Shown one piece after another: positions 58,354-64,000 of a stretch of DNA of 64,000 nucleotides. Both the position numbers and the translations under genes were made by a program. Location: sequence record KX397371.1, one strand, 5' to 3'. The notes under the pieces were generated by a model that was not told the origin of the DNA, made no database searches, and saw nothing but the letters and a program-made list of their open reading frames with translations. Each line of letters opens with the position of its first letter. Positions within the stretch are counted from its first letter, which is position 1.

Positions 58354-59732
58354 TAGCTTGCGATTGCGCGCACGAGGAAGTAAAGCAGTAACGCATTACG
58401 CACGGCGGCCAGTGCCGCGGTATGGGTCAGGTGGGTCTCCTTCTTCACCAGTTTCTCTAAGCGGTCACGCAACGACAGGACGTATTCGTTGGTGGACTTT
58501 GAGGACTGGTAGAGCGCGCGCATCCGGTTCAACAAGAACGCCACGTCTTTGAAGTTGATGCGGTTGGTCACAATCAAATCAAAGGCATGGGCCAGCGCAT
58601 CGTTCATGATACTTTCGACTTCACTACGCTGCTTCCCAAGAGGCAGAGAGGCAATGTAGAACAGCACCGTCTTCATGGCCACCGGGGAGGCTTTCGGTAC
58701 CATCTCGAGGGCCACGCGTGCTAACTCTTCTTTGTAGAAGTTGTTGATGTCGTACGAGGAGTCAATCAACGTTTGCTTGGCGGTGTTCAGTGCGGTGACT
58801 TTGTCGCGGATAATCGACTCGCCATCCAAATCAATACGGGACGATTGACTCAGCACACGGGCGTTAGAGCGGCGTACCGCATCCAGTACCGCGTAGTAGT
58901 CCTTCACCGTCTGTTTGGTACGGGTGTTCAAGTCCGTGATAAAACGGATGAGCAGATCGGGGTGGTTGAACGCCTTCACTTCGTTGTAGTGCGGGCACTC
59001 CTTCGACACGAAGTATTCCGCACGATCGGTCATGTGCAGCCCCCAGTTCCCCATGCGACGAATATCGAATTTCAACGACAGCATGGAGTACGCCGCTTCG
59101 GCGGCCGGAAGGTCAACCGGCTTCGGGAAGAAGTGGTAGTAGATACTCGAGTAGAATTTGAACTGGAGCAACTTCACCAAATCCACCGCTGCGCCGTAAA
59201 TCTCTTTGTCGGAGAATTTCGGGTACATGGCGTGAATCATGTAGGCGATGGTCAAGTTGAAGGTGTTACCCGCAACAGCCCAATCCGCGTTAATGGTTTT
59301 GGTTTGGGCAATCTCGGCTTCCAGTAAGTCTTCGTCCACCTCAAGCACTTCATCGAACAGGCGATTACGGTCACTGTCGTAGAAACGGATGGTGTGCACC
59401 CCAAGGAGGTTGGAGCCAAACCATTCCACGTTCCCCTCGCGGTTGAACACACCGGAAACGTACAGGCGAATTTTGGTGGCCAAACGACGGTCAATGGTCA
59501 CGTTCTTAAACACACCATCGAACGCCTTGCGCAGGGCTTCGGTCTTGACGGCCTCTGAGGCCACAAGCTGGCCAGCGGGGATATACCCGCCTAAACCGTA
59601 GTCGTAAATCAACCCGTTATCCAGAGGAATGTCCCACTCATCTGGAATGCGATTACGAGACGATTCGCCGACCGCTAACTCTTTTCCATCACGATAGCAA
59701 CCCGTCGTGAAGTCAAAAACAAGCTCGGACAT
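58353..59732 (-). CDS. Virion structural protein (phiKZ gp32-like, probable)
   Basis: 459 aa, GAGGA RBS, N-terminal ASE possible processing site; homolog number from recall. Confidence 0.6.
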   Translation of the reverse strand: MSELVFDFTTGCYRDGKELAVGESSRNRIPDEWDIPLDNGLIYDYGLGGYIPAGQLVASEAVKTEALRKAFDGVFKNVTIDRRLATKIRLYVSGVFNREGNVEWFGSNLLGVHTIRFYDSDRNRLFDEVLEVDEDLLEAEIAQTKTINADWAVAGNTFNLTIAYMIHAMYPKFSDKEIYGAAVDLVKLLQFKFYSSIYYHFFPKPVDLPAAEAAYSMLSLKFDIRRMGNWGLHMTDRAEYFVSKECPHYNEVKAFNHPDLLIRFITDLNTRTKQTVKDYYAVLDAVRRSNARVLSQSSRIDLDGESIIRDKVTALNTAKQTLIDSSYDINNFYKEELARVALEMVPKASPVAMKTVLFYIASLPLGKQRSEVESIMNDALAHAFDLIVTNRINFKDVAFLLNRMRALYQSSKSTNEYVLSLRDRLEKLVKKETHLTHTAALAAVRNALLLYFLVRAIAS

Positions 59733-59755
59733 AACGATTCCTCTAAATTTTTACG

Positions 59756-59780
59756 GATAGATATTATCATTTTGATAATA
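59756..59780. promoter_or_regulatory. Early-promoter-like motif copy 4, embedded in a palindrome
   Basis: GATAGATATTATCATTTTGAT; TATTATCA-TTT-TGATAATA is an inverted repeat. Confidence 0.6.
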
Positions 59781-59800
59781 CCATAAGGAGTTTTTAAACC

Positions 59801-60931
59801 ATGAAGAAATTACTCAGAAAACAAGACTGGAATCATAAGTACCATTCCCCGGAGTTCGACAAGTCCACGCCAGTGGTTGTCTGGAAACTCGACCACGGTT
59901 GTCTGTGCACCTTGCGCACCGTGGGTGGGATGGTCGTAATTGAAAATGGCACCTATTCTGCCGCCAACACCCTACTGGCTCGCTTGCTGGCCGAAGCGGG
60001 TATCACTGGCGACATCACCATCCATACCACGGCACTGATTCCACAGAACGTGTCTCGTTGGTTGACGTGGTGGTTGTCAACGGAGCCGGAAGAGGATGAC
60101 CCGCATCTGCGGACACTCACCGTTTCAACAATGGGGCAGATTCCCACAAAGAAACTGCCATTCCAAGTAAACGTAATTAAACCCGCGACAATGGCAGCCT
60201 ACGAAGTCCTCGACTACGTACGCCAAAGTTCTCGCAACCCCTCTGTCTCACAATTCCTTGTGGAGCACGGGGAACAGGTATACCGTCTGGAACCAGAACG
60301 TCGGACGGAGGCAAAGATTGTAGACTGTACGTCACGCGGATATGTTTTACGTACCCAGTCCAATCACGTCTTCTTAACGAATATGGTCTCGAGACGGATA
60401 CAGGCGCAACTCAAGGCTAAGAACTTGAGGCCCGAAAACCTCATCGGTGCCACCGTGAGGGTAGAGTACACAATGTTTACCGACGGGAACCGTCTGTGTA
60501 ACTATAAGTCACCCATTGTGTATCGCTGTACCGATTTGGACACATTGTGTCCAGATGCCATCCCCCCATACGATGGTCCCTTCATGTTCATTAGTAACCA
60601 GCCATCCAACAACGCGCTGTTGACAGCCACTCGATGTGGACGGGCGAGGATTACACAAAACGGGGATTCTATCATTGGGTGCGATGGGGAGTCCGAACTG
60701 CAACTGTTCCGCTTCACCAGGGACGTCGAGGACGGCTGCTATGCAGCTACCCTTGAACGACAAGGGCAGTCGGAGGATTGGCGCTTTGAATCTGATTTGG
60801 CTACAGACGCACTCGATCCAGATGCGTTCGTACGTTGTGTGGAAAACCACCTTTACCACACGACAGGGTATCGCCTACAGGGAATCAGACTCAAATACGT
60901 TGATAGGACAAACACCCCAACGATGACATAG
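59801..60931 (+). CDS. Degenerate ATP-dependent DNA ligase/nucleotidyltransferase-OB fold protein
   Basis: VWKLDHG at motif I position (K29), and LIGATVRVEYTMF…YKSPIVYR resembling the ligase OB domain and motif VI; AAGGAG RBS. Confidence 0.5.
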   Translation: MKKLLRKQDWNHKYHSPEFDKSTPVVVWKLDHGCLCTLRTVGGMVVIENGTYSAANTLLARLLAEAGITGDITIHTTALIPQNVSRWLTWWLSTEPEEDDPHLRTLTVSTMGQIPTKKLPFQVNVIKPATMAAYEVLDYVRQSSRNPSVSQFLVEHGEQVYRLEPERRTEAKIVDCTSRGYVLRTQSNHVFLTNMVSRRIQAQLKAKNLRPENLIGATVRVEYTMFTDGNRLCNYKSPIVYRCTDLDTLCPDAIPPYDGPFMFISNQPSNNALLTATRCGRARITQNGDSIIGCDGESELQLFRFTRDVEDGCYAATLERQGQSEDWRFESDLATDALDPDAFVRCVENHLYHTTGYRLQGIRLKYVDRTNTPTMT

Positions 60932-60942
60932 GAGTAAACGCT

Positions 60943-61464
60943 ATGCTTGCTACACCTACCTGTACTGCCCAAAACGTAAACGGTCTGCGTGTAGTTTGCC
61001 AGGATAATAGACTGGCAAATCTGTGTGATGAAGGTATCATCACCGCCATGATTAACTACAACCCATTGGGAGACTACGGTCGCCGCAACCCCACCGAACT
61101 GCTGTCTATCGCAGCGGTAATTAAGCGCATCTTCGGGAGCCTCACGGTTGCTGAATTTAGTCGCTTCATCGACAGCCGAGAAGACATCTCGGTCGGTTTC
61201 TTAGCCCTGCTGCAAGACGGTGCAGCCTCATTTGAAATGGGCTTAGGTAACTTCCTTGACTTTGAGTCAGGATTCGAAAACGGGGTGTTCTTCGTAAGTC
61301 GAGACCGCTACAATGGCGTTTGGAACTATCTGGCTAGATCAGGCGTCAACGTTCCGCCCAGTATCCGCAATATGCAGCTGTATGATGTCAACATCTTCGG
61401 AGAACCGGGGCTGTGGATCAAACCTGTCTATCTAGGAACTGACGGTTCTAGTATCCGTTCGTAA
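60943..61464 (+). CDS. Hypothetical protein
   Basis: AGGAG RBS, 173 aa, followed by a terminator. Confidence 0.65.
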   Translation: MLATPTCTAQNVNGLRVVCQDNRLANLCDEGIITAMINYNPLGDYGRRNPTELLSIAAVIKRIFGSLTVAEFSRFIDSREDISVGFLALLQDGAASFEMGLGNFLDFESGFENGVFFVSRDRYNGVWNYLARSGVNVPPSIRNMQLYDVNIFGEPGLWIKPVYLGTDGSSIRS

Positions 61465-61468
61465 CGTG

Positions 61469-61506
61469 TGACTGTGCTGCCTTCGGGTGGCACAGTCAAT
61501 TTTTTG
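61469..61506 (+). terminator. Rho-independent terminator
   Basis: TGACTGTGCTGCC-TTCG-GGTGGCACAGTCA followed by a T tract. Confidence 0.8.
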
Positions 61507-61530
61507 TTTGTTTGATTAAAAAAGATTTCA

Positions 61531-61551
61531 AATATATATTACCTTAGTGAG
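61531..61551 (+). promoter_or_regulatory. Early-promoter-like motif copy 5
   Basis: AATATATATTACCTTAGTGAG, containing an exact TATATTAC. Confidence 0.7.
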
Positions 61552-61600
61552 ATTGGCCTATCAATCTTAACTCAACCTATTGACTATCGAGGAATTAACT

Positions 61601-62224
61601 ATGTTCAACTTCACTAAAGTAGCCGCCCTGTCTTCTCAGAACCTGAACCTGTCCGTTGAAGAGAATGAAATGATTCGCTTCATCGAGCAAACCGCGAAGA
61701 GTGTCCCGGTATTCGATTTCTACGTGTCTGGCGAGACCGCTATCGCGTTAACGGTGGAAAACAATACCGTGACCTTGGTCTGGGGTAAAGAGTTCACTCT
61801 GGAGCTTCTGGAGGACTTTGTGCGCCATACCTACCCAAGCATGAAAAACTTCTTGGTGTACCTGAAACAAGAAATCCCATGCCCGGCTGGTTGGAAACAA
61901 ACTTCCGTGTGCTTCTCGCTGGTCAATCCCGCAGGCCACATCGGCGATTACACCGCTACTGATTTGGGTAACGGTTTCATGAACATCCAAACTCGCTACG
62001 GTGCAGCAGTCATCGGAGTAGCCGGTGCGGCGGGTACGCTGATTCTGTCTGATGAGCCATGCAGTGCACAGACGTGGGGCTTGATGTATGACATCGCTGG
62101 GAACTTTGCGAAAGAGGGTCGCCCGTTTACCGTACAGTCTACCACGCCGAAGTGGAATGAGTCCCTGTATCAAAACAGCGACTTCGAATTCCGTTCGCAG
62201 TCGATTTCAAAAACGTATGCCTAA
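61601..62224 (+). CDS. Hypothetical early protein (monocistronic)
   Basis: GAGGA RBS before ATG 61601; has its own promoter motif and terminator. Confidence 0.7.
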   Translation: MFNFTKVAALSSQNLNLSVEENEMIRFIEQTAKSVPVFDFYVSGETAIALTVENNTVTLVWGKEFTLELLEDFVRHTYPSMKNFLVYLKQEIPCPAGWKQTSVCFSLVNPAGHIGDYTATDLGNGFMNIQTRYGAAVIGVAGAAGTLILSDEPCSAQTWGLMYDIAGNFAKEGRPFTVQSTTPKWNESLYQNSDFEFRSQSISKTYA

Positions 62225-62232
62225 TCAAAAAC

Positions 62233-62260
62233 GGGGAGCTTCGGCTCCCTATTTTTTTTG
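62233..62260 (+). terminator. Rho-independent terminator
   Basis: GGGAGC-TTCG-GCTCCC followed by a T tract. Confidence 0.8.
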
Positions 62261-62756
62261 TTTTTTTGTGGCCCCATGCTGATACCCAATGCAAAATTGT
62301 ACACTTTTTAACCATGGGGTAAATTCACTCTGAATGCGTTTCTGGGATGGGGTGCATCTGACCCAGTACACTTGGGTTCCCAATACCCCATTCGTGCAGC
62401 AGGGAATCGTACAGCGCGAAATTGGGCTGGTTGCAAACCGGTTTCCGGGTGTGGGGTCGGCTGCGCGACCGCCGATGCCGATCACACGTTGGGGTGCGCT
62501 TGCGCGTTTTCAGGATCTAATTCAGGAATTCAGGACAAACGAATCTTCGTGAGTTTGGCTGAATTTGGTTGTTTTTTAACCGCTTACTCTCCCCGGCCTT
62601 TAGCCGGGATCGAGATTAGTTCAATTTAAAAATTTTTGTTTTAAAAACAAGCACTTGGGTTATATCCTACCCCCGATCCTGAACCCCCTCTGGGGTTCAG
62701 TTAAAAAGTCCTTTCATTATACGCGTGCACGCGCACGCCATTTCCTACAGGATCTT

Positions 62757-62851
62757 TTAAAAGAATTAATAATATTATTAAATATATATATCCCGTAGGG
62801 ATAATATTAATAATTTAAATATATATAAACCCTACGGGTTTTAAATAACTA
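62757..62851. repeat. AT-rich palindromic element with two triloop hairpins
   Basis: Perfect palindrome TTAATAATATTATTAA (62766-62781), TATCCC-GTA-GGGATA (62789-62803), AAACCC-TAC-GGGTTT (62827-62841), and direct repeat TTAAATATATATA. Confidence 0.8.
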
Positions 62852-63372
62852 ACGCGCGTGATCCTTATTACGAGTTCTAATCCGGAAACCGGGGATCGGG
62901 GGAAAGTCGATTTACAAGTTTTCCCAGTTCTATGCACGACGAACCAAACGCTTGCCCAGACATCCCTGGGCCTTTTTCGAGAATCCACGATGCGGGTTCT
63001 GGACAAAGCCAGCGGGACAGCCTAACACTTCCCAACGCGTTTCAGGTTTCGGTCAGAGACTCGGACTTCGCATTCCGACGAGACCGGTACCGTGGTAGCC
63101 CCACGGGAGACTCACCGCTTTCGGGCCGTCACCCGATACGATGCCATGGAACTTACCCGTGGTCTGCGCGTGAACTCTCCCTGGGGTGTGACCAAATTCG
63201 AATTCGGCTTGCGGCCGATACCCGTACACGGTTTAGCCCCGTGTACACCGGAGAACCTTCCGACAGGAGTGTGATCCAAATCTTGGCGGCTCGGAAAGAC
63301 GAGAGGGGGATGCCCCCCACGCTGTGAAGCGCCAGGGCGTCGCTGAATTAAATTCTAACCAGGAGTGTGACC

Positions 63373-63753
63373 ATGTCTGCCATGACCCTCGAAGATTTTG
63401 CTCCAACCCGAATGCCCGACGATGTGACGTTCGTTCGCGACGGAACTCCGGTACCTGTTGCCGATGTGGTGGCTTGGTTACGCACTGGTTGCCCGAAGAC
63501 TCACCACCTGACCGCTGCCCTGCTCGAAAAACATTTCGAGTCGATTGCGTTCCAACCGTTCCCCAACGGTCTGGCCATGGCCGCGGTAGGCAAGCTCAAA
63601 CGTGAGAGCGGTGATTACCACCTCCCGGTTTGTGTGAACACGCCGTACTCTCACGGTGAACTCGCAGCCGTCGGCGAGCTAATCCGCACCGAGGCCCGAC
63701 TTAGTAATCCCCACTTCGGGAAATTCTTCACCGTCCCCGGTTGGGAAAAATAA
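63373..63753 (+). CDS. Hypothetical protein
   Basis: AGGAG RBS before ATG 63373. Confidence 0.6.
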   Translation: MSAMTLEDFAPTRMPDDVTFVRDGTPVPVADVVAWLRTGCPKTHHLTAALLEKHFESIAFQPFPNGLAMAAVGKLKRESGDYHLPVCVNTPYSHGELAAVGELIRTEARLSNPHFGKFFTVPGWEK

Positions 63754-63809
63754 TATTTTTTACAAACTTGGGTGTTCCTGTGTTCAAACCACAGCACCGG
63801 AGAAAAACC

Positions 63810-63989
63810 ATGACACCAGAACAACGTCGTCGTCGTGACGAGGAAGAACGCCGCCGTCGCCAATCTGCACAGCGCGGTAGCACGCCGGGTTACATGCCGG
63901 TCGATGATTCGCCGTACTACGGCGGAAACGATTCGCCATCGGGTTGCGATACCGGCTCAGACAGTGGCGGCTCTTGCGGCTGTGACTAA
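63810..63989 (+). CDS. Small protein with R/E-rich N-terminus and D/S/G/C-rich tail
   Basis: GGAG RBS before ATG 63810; MTPEQRRRRDEEERRRR…SGCDTGSDSGGSCGCD. Confidence 0.6.
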   Translation: MTPEQRRRRDEEERRRRQSAQRGSTPGYMPVDDSPYYGGNDSPSGCDTGSDSGGSCGCD

Positions 63990-64000
63990 ACGAGGTTAGC

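Noticed and set aside
59756-59780. Fur-box resemblance of the ATTATCA/TGATAAT dyad
   Set aside because: Half-sites are in the opposite arrangement to the canonical TGATAAT-N-ATTATCA, and the site matches the phage promoter motif
17185-60931. Idea that CYTH (RNA triphosphatase) plus the KxD nucleotidyltransferase-OB protein form an mRNA-capping pathway
   Set aside because: The genes are over 40 kb apart, the nucleotidyltransferase motifs are degenerate and no cap methyltransferase is seen; too speculative without biochemistry
62334-62629. Short ORFs after the 62233 terminator
   Set aside because: No RBS, mutually overlapping; treated as non-coding
62932-63327. ORFs of 131 aa and 60 aa in the terminal intergenic region
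   Set aside because: No convincing RBS, overlapping frames and atypical composition; cannot be supported as CDS, though not excluded
1-64000. tRNA, rRNA, integrase, transposase, chimallin or tubulin genes
   Set aside because: None recognised by eye in this window; tRNAscan-SE and HMM searches would be needed to exclude them formally

Overview
This 64-kb window is a densely coding segment of a phiKZ-related jumbo myophage genome, most like the enterobacterial SPN3US/Erwinia-phage group. This assignment comes from motifs and gene order recalled from knowledge, not from a database search. It has no host chromosomal genes, rRNA, CRISPR array, mobile element or recognisable tRNA. The conserved core includes split virion RNA polymerase subunits (beta-N 36362-40549, beta-C 11526-12194, beta' with the DYDGD catalytic motif 34728-36341, and a small fifth subunit 42363-43085). 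It also includes a giant tape-measure/tail protein with a lytic transglycosylase domain, the prohead protease, tail tube and sheath, the large terminase, a UvsX/RecA-like recombinase, RNase H, a DEDDh exonuclease and thymidylate synthase. Accessory blocks lie between these, delimited by a repeated early-promoter-like motif (RAYAKATATTAYCWNNNTGA, 5 copies), TATG-type late-promoter candidates and a family of related terminator hairpins. The most notable observations are: (i) a 56-aa ORF missing from the ORF track that looks like a free-standing copy of the redox-active C-terminal tail of class Ia ribonucleotide reductase (…DDNCAGGACKI); (ii) a nucleotide-handling/anti-defence-like cluster at about 16-23 kb with NADAR-like, CYTH, degenerate dUTPase-like, degenerate plus intact MazG, and ThyA genes; (iii) a degenerate ATP-dependent-ligase-fold protein; (iv) a candidate two-component spanin; (v) tandem paralog arrays; and (vi) an AT-rich non-coding element carrying two oppositely oriented CCC-GTA-GGG triloop hairpins.
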